A DNA stretch of 64,000 nt, taken from positions 2,482,001-2,546,000 of the forward strand of contig JASTWF010000033.1 of assembly GCA_030390025.1 (NCBI GenBank), written 5' to 3'. Under the pieces are notes generated by a model. That model saw nothing but the letters and a program-made list of their open reading frames with translations. It was not told the DNA's origin and searched no databases. Shown piece after piece: positions 1 through 13,140 of the stretch (positions within the stretch are counted from its first letter, which is position 1; each line of letters starts with the position of its first letter). The position numbers and the translations under genes are program-made. The stretch is from Squalus acanthias (taxonomy: Eukaryota).

Positions 1-3000
1 GAGACTGAGAGAGAGTGAGACCGAAATTAAGACAGAGTGAGACCGGGACTCTGATGAGAGTGAGACCGAGATTGAGACAGAGTGAGACCGAAACTGAGAG
101 AGAGTGAGACCGAGATTAAGACAGAGTGAGACCGGGACTCTGATGAGAGTGAGACCGAGATTGAGACAGAGTGAGACCGAGACTGAGAGAAAATGAGACC
201 GAGACTGAGAGAGAGTGAGACCGAGAATGAGAGAGAGTGAGACCGAGACTGAGACAGAGTGAGACCGGGACTCTGATGAGAGTGAGACCGAGATTGAGAC
301 AGAGTGAGACCGAAACTGAGAGAGTGAGACCGAGATTAAGACAGAGTGAGACCGAGACAGAGAGAGAGTGAGACCGAGACTGAGAGAGAGTGAGACCGAG
401 ATTGAGACAGAGTGAGACCGAGACAGAGAGAGAGTGAGACCGAGATTGAGAGAGAATGAGACCGAGATTAAGACAGAGTGAGACCGAGACTGAGAGAGAG
501 TGAGACCGAGACTGAGAGAGAGTGAGACCGAGACTGAGAGAGAGTGAGACCGAGACTGAGAGAGAGTGAGACCGAGACTGAGAGAGAGTGAGACCGAGAC
601 TGAGAGAGAGTGAGACCGAGACTGAGAGAGAATGAGACCGAGACTGAGAGAGAGTGAGACCGAGACTGAGAGAGAGTGAGACCGAGACTGAGAGAGAGTG
701 AGACCGAGACTGAGAGAGAGTGAGACCGAGACTGAGAGAGAGTGAGACCGATACTGAGAGAGAGTGAGACCGAGACTGAGAGAGAGTGAGACCGAGACTG
801 AGAGAGAGTGAAACCGAGACTGAGAGAGAGTGAGAGAGAGACTGAGAGAGAGTGAAACCTAGACTGAGAGAGAGTGAGACCGAGACTGAGAGAGAGTGAG
901 ACCGAGACTGAGAGAGAGTGAGGCCGAGACTGAGAGAGAGTGAGAGAGAGACTGAGAGAGAGTGAGACCGAGACTGAGAGAGAGTGAGACCGAGACTGAG
1001 AGAGAGTGAGACCGAGACTGAGAGAGTGAGACCGATACTGAGAGAGAGTGAGACCGAGACTGAGAGAGAGTGAGAGAGAGACTGAGAGAGAGTGAGACCG
1101 AGACTGAGAGAGAGTGAGACCGAGACTGAGAGAGAGTGAGAACGAGACTGAGAGAGAGTGAGACCGAGACTGAGAGAGAGTGAGACCGAGACTGAGAGAG
1201 AGTGAGAGAGAGACTGAGAGAGAGTGAGACCGAGACTGAGAGAGAGTGAGACCGAGACTGAGAGAGAGTGAGACCGAGACTGAGATTGAATGAGACCGAG
1301 ACTGAGATAGAGTGAGACTGAGACTGAGAGAGAGTGAGACCGAGACTGAGAGAGAGTGAGACCGAGATTAAGAGAGAGTGAGACCGGGACTCTGATGAGA
1401 GTGAGACCGATATTGAGAGTGAGTGAGAGACGGAGACTGAGAGAGAGTGAGACCGAGATTGAGAGAGAATGAGGCCGAGACTGAGAGAGAGTGAGACCGA
1501 GACTGAGAGAGAGTGAAACCGAGATTGAGACAGAGTGAGAGACCGAGACTGAGAGAGAGTGAGACCGAGATTAAGAGAGAGTGAGACCGGGACTCTGATG
1601 AGAGTGAGACCGATATTGAGAGTGAGTGAGAGACGGAGACTGAGAGAGAGTGAGACCGAGATTGAGACAGAGTGAGACCGAGATTGAGACAGAGTGAGAC
1701 CGAGACTGAGAGAGAGTGAGACCGAGACTGAGTCAGAGTGAGACCGAGATTGAGAGTGAGTGAGAAACAGAGACTGAGAGAGAGTGAGACCGAGACTGAG
1801 AGAGAGTGAGACGGTGATTGAGACAGAGTGAGAGACCGAGACTGAGAAAGAGTGAGACTTAGACTGAGAGAGAGTGAGACCGGGACAGAGAGAGAGTGAG
1901 ACCGAGACTGAGAAAGAGTGATACCGAGACTGAGAGAGATTGAGAGAGAGACTGAGAGAGAATGAGACCGAGACTGAGAGAGAGTGAGACCGAGACTGAG
2001 AGAAAATGAGACCGAGACGGAGACAGAGTGAGGCCGAGACTGAGAGAGAATGAAACCGAGACTGAGAGAGAATGAGACCGAGACTGAGAGAGATTGAGAC
2101 CGAGACTGAGAGAGAGTGAGACCGAGACTGAGAGAGAATGAGACCGAGACTGAGAGAGAGTGAGACCGAGACTGAGAGAGAGTGAGACCGAGACTGAGAG
2201 AAAATGAGACCGAGACGGAGACAGAGTGAGACCGAGACACTGATGAGAGTGAGACCGAGATTGAGAGTGAGTGAGAGACCGAGACTGAGATAGAGTGAGA
2301 CCGAGACACTGATGAGAGTGAGACCGAGATTGAGAGTGAGTGAGAGACCGAAACTGAGAGAGAGTGAGAACGAGACTGAGAGAGAGTGAGACCGAGATTG
2401 AGACAGAGTGAGACCGAGACTGAGAGAGAGAGAGAGAGAGACTGAGACAGAATGAGACCGAGATTAAGAGAGAGTGAGACCGAGATTGAGAGTGAGAGAG
2501 AGACCGAGACTGAGAGAGAGAGAGACCGAGACTGAGAGAGAGTGAGACCGAGACTGAGAGAGAATGAGACCGAGATTAAGAGAGAGTGAGAGCGAGATTG
2601 AGAGTGAGAGAGAGACCGAGACTGAGAGAGAGTGAGACCGAGATTGAGACAGAGTGAGACCGAGACTGAGAGAGAGTGAGACCGAGATTGAGAGAGAGTG
2701 AGAGACAGAGACTGAGAGAGAGTGAGACCGAGACTGAGAGAGAGTGAGACCGAGACTGAGAGAGAGTGAGACCGAGATTGAGAGAGAGTGAGACCGAGAT
2801 TGAGAGAGAGTGAGAGACAGAGACTGAGAGAGAGTGAGACCGAGACTGAGAGAGAGTGAGACCGAGACTGAGAGAGAGTGAGACCGAGACTGAGTCAGAA
2901 AGAGACCGAGACTGAGAGAGAGTGAGACCGAGACTGAGTCAGAGTGAGACCGAGACTGAGAGAGAGTGAGACCGAGATTGAGAGAGAGTGAGACCGAGAC

Positions 3001-6000
3001 TGAGAGAGAGTGAGAGACAGAGACTGAGAGAGTGAGAGACAGAGACTGAGAGAGAGTGAGACCGAGACTGAGTCAGAGTGAGACCGAGCCTGAGAGAGAG
3101 TGAGACCGAGACAGAGAGAGAGTGAGACCGAGACTGAGAGAGAGTGAGACCGAGATTGAGAGAGAGTGAGACCGAGACTGAGAGAGTGAGAGACCGAGAC
3201 TGAGAGAGAGTGAGACCGAGATTGAGAGAGAGTGAGACCGAGACTGAGAGAGAGTGAGAGACAGAGACTGAGAGAGAGTGAGACCGAGACTGAGAGAGAG
3301 TGAGAGACAGAGACTGAGAGAGAGTGAGACCGAGCCTGAGAGAGAGTGAGACCGAGACAGAGAGAGAGTGAGACCGAGACTGAGAGAGAGTGAGACCGAA
3401 ATTAAGACAGAGTGAGACCGGGACTCTGATGAGAGTGAGACCGAGATTGAGACAGAGTGAGACCGAAACTGAGAGAGAGTGAGACCGAGATTAAGACAGA
3501 GTGAGACCGGGACTCTGATGAGAGTGAGACCGAGATTGAGACAGAGTGAGACCGAGACTGAGAGAAAATGAGACCGAGACTGAGAGAGAGTGAGACCGAG
3601 ACTGAGAGAGAGTGAGACCGAGACTGAGACAGAGTGAGACCGGGACTCTGATGAGAGTGAGACCGAGATTGAGACAGAGTGAGACCGAAACTGAGAGAGA
3701 GTGAGACCGAGATTAAGACAGAGTGAGACCGAGACAGAGAGAGAGTGAGACCGAGACTGAGAGAGAGTGAGACCGAGATTGAGACAGAGTGAGACCGAGA
3801 CAGAGAGAGAGTGAGACCGAGATTGAGAGAGAATGAGACCGAGATTAAGACAGAGTGAGACCGAGACTGAGAGAGAGTGAGACCGAGACTGAGAGAGAGT
3901 GAGACCGAGACTGAGAGAGAGTGAGACCGAGACTGAGAGAGAGTGAGACCGAGACTGAGAGAGAGTGAGACCGAGACTGAGAGAGAGTGAGACCGAGACT
4001 GAGAGAGAATGAGACCGAGACTGAGAGAGAGTGAGACCGAGACTGAGAGAGAGTGAGACCGAGACTGAGAGAGAGTGAGACCGAGACTGAGAGAGAGTGA
4101 GAGACCGAGACTGAGACAGAGTGAGAGACCGAGACTGAGAGAGAGTGAGACCGAGACTGAGAGAGAAAGAGACCGAGACTGAGAGAGAGTGAGACCGAGA
4201 CTGAGAGAGAGTGAGACCGAGACTGAGAGAGAGTGAGACCGAGACAGAGAGAGAGTGAGACCGAGACTGAGAGAGAGTGAGACCGAGACTGAGAGAGAGT
4301 GAGACCGAGACTGAGTCAGAGTGAGAGACCGAGACTGAGAGAGAGTGAGACCGAGATTAAGTCAGAGTGAGACCGAGACAGAGAGAGAGTGAGACCGAGA
4401 CTGAGAGAGAGTGAGACCGAGACTGAGAGAGAGTGAGACCGAGACTGAGAGAGAGTGAGACCGAGACTGAGAGAGAGTGAGAGACCGAGACTGAGACAGA
4501 GTGAGAGACCGAGACTGAGAGAGAGTGAGACCGAGACTGAGAGAGAGTGAGACCGAGACTGAGTCAGAGTGAGAGACCGAGACTGAGAGAGAGTGAGACC
4601 GAGACTGAGTCAGGGTGAGAGAGAGACTGAGAGAGAGTGAGACCGAGATTAAGTCAGAGTGAGACCGAGACAGAGAGAGAGTGAGACCGAGACTGAGAGA
4701 GAGTGAGACCGAGACAGAGAGAGAGTGAGACCGAGACTGAGAGAGAGTGAGACCGAGACTGAGAGAGAGTGAGACCGAGATTGAGAGAGAGTGAAACCGA
4801 GACTGAGAGAGAGTGAAACCTAGACTGAGAGAGAGTGAGACCGAGACTGAGAGAGAGTGAGAACGAGTCTGAGAGAGAGTGAAACCGAGACTGAGAGAAA
4901 GTGAGACCGAGACTGAGAGAGAGTGAGACCGAGACTGAGAGAGAGTGAGGCCGAGACTGAGAGAGAGTGAGACCGAGACTGAGCGAGAGGGAGAGAGAGG
5001 CTGAGAGAGAGAGAGGCCTAGACTGAGAGAGAGTGAGTCCGAGACTGAACGAGAGTGAGACCGGGACTGAGGGAGAGGGAGACCGAGCCTGAGAGAGAGT
5101 GAGACCGAGACAGAGAGAGAGTGACACCGAGACTGAGAGAGAGTGAGACCGAAATTAAGACAGAGTGAGACCGGGACTCTGATGAGAGTGAGACCGAGAT
5201 TGAGACAGAGTGAGACCGAAACTGAGAGAGAGTGAGACCGAGATTAAGACAGAGTGAGACCGGGACTCTGATGAGAGTGAGACCGAGATTGAGACAGAGT
5301 GAGACCGAGACTGAGAGAAAATGAGACCGAGACTGAGAGAGAGTGAGACCGAGATGAAGACAGAGTGAGACCGGGACTCTGATGAGAGTGAGACCGAGAT
5401 TGAGACAGAGTGAGACCGAAACTGAGAGAGAGTGAGACCGAGATTAAGACAGAGTGAGACCGAGACAGAGAGAGAGTGAGACCGAGACTGAGAGAGAGTG
5501 AGACCGAGATTGAGACAGAGTGAGACCGAGACTGAGAGAAAGTGAGACCGAGACTGAGAGAGAGTGAGAGACCGAGATTGAGAGAGAATGAGACCGAGAT
5601 TAAGACAGAGTGAGACCGAGACTGAGAGAGAGTGAGACCGAGACTGAGAGAGAGTGAGACCGAGACTGAGAGAGAGTGAGACCGAGACTGAGAGAGAGTG
5701 AGACCGAGACTGAGAGAGAGTGAGACCGAGACTGAGAGAGAATGAGACCGAGACTGAGAGAGAGTGAGACCGAGACTGAGAGAGAGTGAGACCGAGACTG
5801 AGAGAGAGTGAGACCGAGACTGAGAGAGAGTGAGAGACCGAGACTGAGACAGAGTGAGAGACCGAGACTGAGAGAGAGTGAGACCGAGACTGAGAGAGAA
5901 TGAGACCGAGACTGAGAGAGAGTGAGACCGAGACTGAGAGAGAGTGAGACCGAGACTGAGAGAGTGAGACCGAGACAGAGAGAGAGTGAGACCGAGACTG

Positions 6001-6955
6001 AGAGAGAGTGAGACCGAGACTGAGAGAGAGTGAGACCGAGACTGAGTCAGAGTGAGAGACCGAGACTGAGAGAGAGTGAGAGACCGAGACTGAGACAGAG
6101 TGAGAGACCGAGACTGAGAGAGAGTGAGACCGAGACTGAGAGAGAGTGAGACCGAGACTGAGTCAGAGTGAGAGACCGAGACTGAGAGAGAGTGAGACCG
6201 AGACTGAGTCAGGGTGAGAGAGAGACTGAGAGAGAGTGAGACCGAGATTAAGTCAGAGTGAGACCGAGACAGAGAGAGAGTGAGACCGAGACAGAGAGAG
6301 AGTGAGACCGAGACTGAGAGAGAGTGAGACCGAGACTGAGAGAGAGTGAGACCGAGATTGAGAGAGAGTGAAACCGAGACTGAGAGAGAGTGAAACCTAG
6401 ACTGAGAGAGAGTGAGACCGAGACTGAGAGAGAGTGAGAACGAGTCTGAGAGAGAGTGAAACCGAGACTGAGAGAAAGTGAGACCGAGACTGAGAGAGAG
6501 TGAGACCGAGACTGAGAGAGAGTGAGACCGAGACTGAGCGAGAGGGAGAGAGAGGCTGAGAGAGAGAGAGGCCTAGACTGAGAGAGAGTGAGTCCGAGAC
6601 TGAACGAGAGTGAGACCGGGACTGAGGGAGAGGGAGACCGAGTCTGAGAGAGAGTGAGACCGAGACTGAGAGAGAGTGACACCGAGACTGAGCGAGAGGG
6701 AGAGAGAGACTGAGAGAGTGTGAGTTCGAGACTGAGCGAGGGGGAGAGAGAGACTGAGAGAGAGAGAGGCCTAGACTGAGAGAGAGTGAGTCCGAGACTG
6801 AGGGAGAGGGAGACCGAGACTGAGCGAGAGGGAGAGAGAGACTGAGAGAGAGAGGCCGAGACTGAGAGAGAGTGAGTCCGAGACTGAACGAGAGTGAGAC
6901 CGGGATTGAGGGAGAGAGAGACCGAGACTCAGAGAGGGAGCACGGCTGAGAGAGA
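1..6955. repeat. 22-bp satellite (GAGACTGAGAGAGAGTGAGACC)n, running off the window start
   Basis: Directly visible tandem 22-mer with variant units (GAGATTAAGACAGAGTGAGACC, GGGACTCTGATGAGAGTGAGACC). It degenerates after about 6500. The Ser/Leu-rich minus-strand ORFs are translations of it. Confidence 0.98.
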
Positions 6956-6959
6956 GGAC

Positions 6960-9262
6960 GACGCACAGAACCCGTTCTTTATCTGCCCTTGGAGTGTTTT
7001 GTGGGACAGTGTAGAGCATAGAAGCATAGAAGCATAGGAGCAGGAGTAGATCATTCGGCCCCTCGGACCTGCTCCGCCCTTTAATGAGCTCATGGCTGAT
7101 CATCCAAATTCAGTACCCAGCCCCTGCTTTCTCCCCAAATCCCTTGATCCCTTTAGCATTAAGAAATATATCTATCTCCTTCTTGAATATATTTAATGAA
7201 TTGTGCTCAACTGTCTTCTGTGGTAGAGAAATCCACAGGTTCACCACTCTCTGGGTGAAGAAATTCCTCCTCATCTCAGTCCTAAATGGCTTACCCCTTA
7301 TCCTTCGACTGTGACCCCTAGTTCTGGACTCCTCCGCCATCGGGAACATCCTTCCTGCATCTAGTCTGTCTAGTCCTGTTAGAATTTTATAAGTTTCAAT
7401 GCGATCCGCTCTCATTCTTCGAAAATCTAGCGAATATAAGCGTAATCCACCCAATCTCTCCTCATACGTCATTCCTGCCATCCCAGGTATCAGTCTGGTG
7501 AATCTTCGCTGCACTCCCTCCATGGCAAGAACATCCTTCCTCAGATAATGCGACCAAAACTGCACACAATACTCAAGGTGTGGTCTCACCAAGACCTTGT
7601 ACAACTGCAGCAAGACATCCTTGCTCCTGTACTCGAATCCTCTCGCTATGAAGGACAACATACCATTTGCCTTCTTAACCGCCTACCGCACCTGCATGCT
7701 TCCCTTCAGCGATTGGTGCACACGGACTCCCAGATCTCGTTGCGATTCCCCTTTTCCCAATCTGTTGCCATTCAGATAATAGTCTGTCTTCCTGTTTTTG
7801 CCACCAAAGTGGATAACCTCGCATTTGTCACATTATACTGCATCTGCCATGCATCTGCCCAATCACCCAACCTGTCCAAATCATACTGGAGTTTCTCTGC
7901 ATCCTCCTCACACCACACACGCCCACCCAGCTTTGTGTCGTCTGCAAACTTAGAGATATTACATCTAGTTTCCTTTTCCAGATCATTAATATAAATTGTG
8001 AATAGCTGGGGTCCTAGCACCGATCCCTGTGGTACCCCACTAGTCACTGCCTGCCACTCGGAAAAAGACCCGTTTATTCCAACTCTTTGCTTCCTGTCTG
8101 CCAACCAGTTCTCTATCCAAATCAGTACCTCACCCACATTCCCAGGTGCTGTAACTTTGCACGCTTATCTGTTATGCGGGACCTTATCAAAAGCCTTCTG
8201 AAAGTCCAAATACACCACATAAACTGTTTCTCCCTTATCTATTCTACCAGTTACATCCTCAAAAAATTCCACTAGATTAGTCAGGCATGATTACCCTTTT
8301 CTAAATCCATGTTGACTTTGTCCGATCCTGTCACTGTTTTCCAAGTGCTCTGCTATGACATATTTTATAATGGACTCTAGCATTTGGCCCACTGCCGATG
8401 TCAGGCTTACCGGTCTATAATTCCCCGTTTTATCTCTACCACCTTTTTTAAATACTGGGCTTACATTATCTACCCTCCAATCCATGGGAACTGTTCCAGA
8501 GCCTGTAGAATTTTGAAAGATGACCAGCAATGCATCTACTTTTTCTCGGGCCACTTCCTTAATTACGCTCGGATGTAGATTACAGGCCCTGGGGATTTAT
8601 CGGCCTTCAATCCCGTTAAGTTCCCTAGCACCATTTCCCTACAAATAGTGATTTCATTCAATTCCTCCCTTTCATTAGACCCTATGTTCCCCGACATCTC
8701 TGGGAGTTTATTTGCGTCCTCCTTTGTGAAGACAGTACCAAAGTATGTATTTAATTCGTCAGCCATGTCTTTGTTCCCCATTATAAATTCCCCTGATTCT
8801 GACTGCAAGGGACCTAGAGAGAGCTTAATTTTGTATCTATCGCGTGCTGTTAATGCCCTGGGAGTGTTTGATTTGACAGTGCAGGGGGAGCTTTAGTCTC
8901 ATTCGAAGCCTTGCTGTATCTGCATTGGGAGTGTTTGATGGGACAGTGTAGAGGGAGCTTTACTCTGTATCTAACCCGTGCTGTACCTGCATTGGGAGTG
9001 TTTGATGGGACAGTGTAGAGGGAGCTTTACTCTGTATCTAACCTGTGCTGTATCTGCATTGGGAGTGTTTGATGGGACAGTGTAGAGGGAGCTTTACTCT
9101 TTATCTCACCCTTGGTATACCGGCCCTGGGAGTGTTTGATGGGACAGTGTAATGGGAGCTTTACTCTGTATCTCACCCTTGATATACCTGCCCTGGAAGT
9201 TTTTGATGGGACAGTGTAGATGGAGTTTTACTCTGTATCTAACCCCGAGCTGTACCTGCCGG
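6960..9262. repeat. 67-bp minisatellite (GGGAGTGTTTGATGGGACAGTGTAGAGGGAGCTTTACTCTGTATCTAACCCGTGCTGTACCTGC...) split by a CR1 insertion; pieces at 6960-7016 and 8816-9262
   Basis: Unit starts at 8927, 8994 and 9061 (period 67). A partial unit ends at 7016 (…GGGACAGTGTAGAG) and the array resumes after the CR1. Confidence 0.9.
7017..8815 (-). mobile_element. 5'-truncated CR1 LINE (ORF2 RT and C-terminus, 3' UTR, (CTTCTATG)n tail); frameshifted
   Basis: ORF pieces contain [40 protein letters not shown] and RRNFFTQRVVNLW. CATAGAAG repeats at 7017-7036 are the reverse of the CR1 octamer tail. Confidence 0.96.
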
Positions 9263-9489
9263 GGGAACAGATTAAACTAAAATGGCTGTCATTAACCACG
9301 CCTCAAATTCCTGAGCATTCATCTGAGACTGTTTTTGTGTCGGTCAGTCCTGTTAGTACAAAATTCTTTCTGTTCAGCCTGTAAGGTTCTGTCTAGCGCT
9401 GGGGTCCGGGTTCCTCGGGCAGTTCCTTCACGGGTCAATGCTGAGTGTTGCTATTGAACCCTGGGAGTCGTCACGGTCAGACTCTATCG

Positions 9490-9582
9490 TGATTTATGCT
9501 TCCATAACATCGGCCATCTCCGCCCCTGCCTGAGCTCATCTTCTGCTGAAACCCTCAACCATGTCTTGGTTACCTCTAGACA
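9490..9582 (+). mobile_element. short L2 LINE ORF2 fragment
   Basis: CTCATCTTCTGCTGAAACCCTCAACCATGTCTTGGTTACCTCTAGAC matches the reverse complement of the L2 segment at about 22850-22920. Confidence 0.55.
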
Positions 9583-9651
9583 CGATATCCTGAGAACAAA
9601 TAGTTATAAATAATGTAATAGGAATATAATAAATGGTTTTTAATTCACTGA

Positions 9652-11382
9652 TTGAATTGGTACTAAGTAAAATAATGGGACTCAAGGCGGATAAATCCCC
9701 TGGACCTGATGGCTCACATCCTAGGGTCTTGAGAGAAGTGGCAGTAGCAATTGTGGATGGTTTGGTAATAATGTTCCAAAACTCCCTGAACTCAGCAAAG
9801 GTCCCGGCAGATTGGAAAACTGCTAATGTAACACCCTTATTTAAAAAGGGTTGTAGGCAGAAGGCTGGAAATTATAGACCAGTTAGCCTAACATCTGTGG
9901 TGGGTAAAATTTTGGAGTCTATTATTAAGGAGACAGTAACGGAACATTTAGATAAACATAATTTAATAGGACAAAGTCAGCATGGCTTTATGAAGGGGAA
10001 GTCATGTCTGACAAATTTGCTCGAGTTCTTTGGGGACATAACGTACAGGGTGGATAAAGGGGAACCAGTGGACGTAGTGTATTTAGACTTCCAGAAGGCA
10101 TTCGACAAGGTGCCACATAAAAGATTATTACTCAAGATAAAAAATCACTGGATTGGGGGTAATATTCTGGCATGGGTGGAGGATTGGTTATCTAACAGGA
10201 AGCAGAGAGTTAGGATAAATGGTTCATTCTCAGACTGGCAAACAGTAGCCAGTGGTGTTCGGCAGGGGTCGGTGCTGGGTCCCCAACTCTTTACAATCTA
10301 TATTAACGATTTGGAGGAGGGGACCGAGTGTAACATATCAAAGTTTGCAGATGATACAAAGATGGGAGGGAAAGTAGAGAGTGAAGAGGACATAAAAAAC
10401 CTACAAGGGGATATAGACAGGCTGGGTGAGTGGGCACAGATTTGGCAGATGCAATACAATATTGGAAAATATGAGGTTATGCACTTTGGCATGAAAAATC
10501 GGAGAGCAAGTTATTATCTTAATGGCGAGGAACTGGAAAGTACTGCAGTTCAAAGGGATCTGGGGGTCTTGGTGCAAGAAAATCAAAAAGTTAGTATGCA
10601 GGTGGAGCAGGTGATCAAGAAAGCCTATGTACTGTTGGCTTTTATTGCTAGGGGGATAGAATATAAAAACAGGGAGGTATTGCTGCAGTTGTATAGGGTA
10701 TTGGTGAGACCGCACCTGGAGTACTGCATACAGTTTTGGTGTCCATACTTAAGAAAATACATACTTGCTCTCGAGGCAGTACAAAGAAGGTTCACTCGGT
10801 TAATTCCGGGAATGAGGGGGTGGACATACAAGGAGAGGTTGAGTAGATTGGGACTCTACTCATTGGGGTTCAGAGAATGAGAGGCGATCTTATTGAAACA
10901 TATAAGATTGTGAAGGGGCTTGATCGGGTGGACGCGGTGAGGATGTTCCCAATGATGTGTGAAACTAGAACTAGGGGACATAATCTTAGAATAAGGGGCT
11001 CCTCTTTCAAAACTGAGATGAGGAGAAACTTTTTCACTCGGAGGGTAGTGGGTCTGTGGAATTTGCTACCCCAGGAAGCTGTGGAAGCTACTTCATTAAA
11101 TAAATTTAAAACAGAAATAGACCGTTTCCTAGAAGTAAAGGGTATCAGGGGTTACGGGGAGCGGGCTGGAAATTGGATATGAGTTTGAGTTCGGATCGGT
11201 CAAGGCCCTGTGAGTGGCGGAGCGGGCCCAGGGGCCGAGTGGCCTGGTCCTGCTCCTGCTTCTTGTGTTCTTTAGAGTTGAGGTTGGATCAGATCAGCCA
11301 TGATCTCATTGAATGGCGGAGCAGGCTCGAGGGGCCGATTGGTCTTCTCCTCCTCTATTTCTTATGTTCTTATGTTCTTATG
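9652..11382 (+). mobile_element. 5'-truncated CR1 LINE with a long open RT region (ORF 9633-10880), a frameshift near 10870 and a doubled 3' end
   Basis: KSPGPDG, NYRPVSLTS, QHGFMKGKSCLTNL, YLDFQKAFDKVPH, QGSVLGP and SKFADDTK motifs; (TTCTTATG)n tail. Confidence 0.96.
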
Positions 11383-11429
11383 TAAGGCCTGTGATCAGAG
11401 CGGGGCGTCATGCTCCGCTAAACAAATTG

Positions 11430-12040
11430 CATAGAATGTACAGCACAGAAACAGGCCATTCATTCCATCGAGCCTGTGTCAGCTCTTTGAAAGAGCTATT
11501 CAATTAGTGCCCCTCCCCTCTTCTTTTCCATTATTCCTGCAAATCCCTCACTTCCATAAGTGATCCCGTTCCTTTTTGAAAGTCATACTGATCTTCTTCT
11601 ATCACATTTTCAGGCAGTGCATACACGATCATAACAACTCGCTTCTTAGAACAGATTCTCCTCATCATCCCTCTGATTCTTTTCCGAATTATCTTATATC
11701 TTTGTCTTCTGGTTAACGACCAGATATTTTCTCCTTATTTACTCTATGAAATCAGTCATACTTTTGAACATCTCCATTAAATCTCCCTTTTTATTGCGTG
11801 CTCTCTGGAGAACAACTTCAGCTTCACTTGTCTCTCCGCATAAATTATGTCCTTCATCCTTGGTACCATTCCAGTAAATCTCCTTTGTGTCCACTCCAAG
11901 TCCTTGAAATCCTGCCTAAAGTGTGCAGCGAAGAATTGGACACAATACTCCAGCCGGGGCTTAAAATTGTACAGTTAAGTTTATATTTTCTCTACTCATT
12001 TTCCTCCCAGATTTATCGTGCACATTTCTCTGCATTAAAT
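11430..12040 (-). mobile_element. decayed CR1 3'-end fragments
   Basis: CATAGAATGTACAGCACAGAAACAGGCCATT end motif and GGACACAATACTCCAG (reverse of LEYCVQ). Confidence 0.6.
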
Positions 12041-12074
12041 GTCTTTAGTCTTTATTTCATTTTTATTAATACAT

Positions 12075-13061
12075 CTGTTGTGGCCATGGATGACACGGGT
12101 CAGCAATTAATGCACATCCTTAATTGCCCTTGAGAAGGTGGAGTTAAGCCACCTTCAGGAAGCGCTGCAGCCCGTGAGCTGAAGGTTCCCCCACAGAGCT
12201 GTTAGGAAGGGAATTGCAGGATTTTGACCCAACGACGATGAAGGAACGGCGATATACTTCCAAACCAGGAAGGTGTCTGAATTGGAAGGGAACTTGGAGG
12301 TGGTACGTTTCCTTACACCTGCTGCCCTTGTCCTTCTAGGTGATAGAGTTCGCGGGTTTGTGAGATGCTGTCGAAGAAGCCTTGGCCAGTTGCTGCAATG
12401 CATCTTGTAGATGGTACACACTGCAGCCACGGTGCGCCGGCGATGGAGGGAGTGAACGTTTAATGTCCTGGTTTTGGTGCCAATCAAACAGGCTGCTTTG
12501 CACTGGGTGATGTCGAGAATCTTGAGTGTTGTTGGAGCTGCACTCATCCAGGCAAGTGGAATGTATTCCATAACACTCCTGACTTGTGCCTTGTATTTGG
12601 TGGTAATGCTTTGGGATGTCAGGATGTGAGACAATCGGAGTAGAATACCCAGGCTCTGACCTGATTTTGTAGACACAATTCTTATGTGGCTGGTCCCGGT
12701 CCAGTTAAGTTTCTGTTGAATGGTGACCCTCAGGATAATGATGGTGGGGGATTTGGCGGTGGTAATGCCACTGAATGTCACGGGGAGGTGACTCTTGTTA
12801 GAGATTGTCATTGCCTGGCACTAGTTTTGTGCGAGTGTTAATTGCCACTTATCAGCCCAAGCCTGAAATTCGACCGGGTCTTGCTGCATGTGGACACGGG
12901 CTGCTTCATTATCTGAGTAGTTTCGAATGGAAGTGACCACTGCAAACTTAAGCGAATATCCACATTTCTGACCATATGATGAAGGGATGGTCATTGATGA
13001 AGCAGCTGAAGATGGTTGGGCCAATGAGACTTCATTGAGCAACTCCTGCAGCGACGTCCTC

Positions 13062-13062
<1 letters not shown>
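12075..13062 (-). mobile_element. non-LTR retrotransposon of the CR1/L2 group (Zenon-like type), 3' part of ORF2
   Basis: ORF 12155-12811 contains YKAQVRSVMEYIPLAWMSAAPTTLKILD and SLHRRRTVAAVCTIYKMHCSN. Same family as 35585-36865. Clade assignment is from recognition only. Confidence 0.8.
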
Positions 13063-13092
<30 letters not shown>

Positions 13093-13095
13093 AAT

Positions 13096-13136
<41 letters not shown>
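13062..13136. repeat. interrupted (TA)n microsatellite
   Basis: Two TA runs separated by GGCATAATTTGA. Confidence 0.95.

Positions 13137-13139
<3 letters not shown>

Positions 13140-13140
<1 letters not shown>

Noticed and set aside
1368..6966. Ser/Leu-rich ORFs of 144-313 aa on the minus strand
   Set aside because: They are translations of the 22-bp satellite and show no coding signal.
9633..10880. reverse transcriptase as part of a retron, DGR or other novel RT system
   Set aside because: The motifs, C-terminus and microsatellite tail are those of an ordinary CR1 ORF2, present in many decayed copies here.
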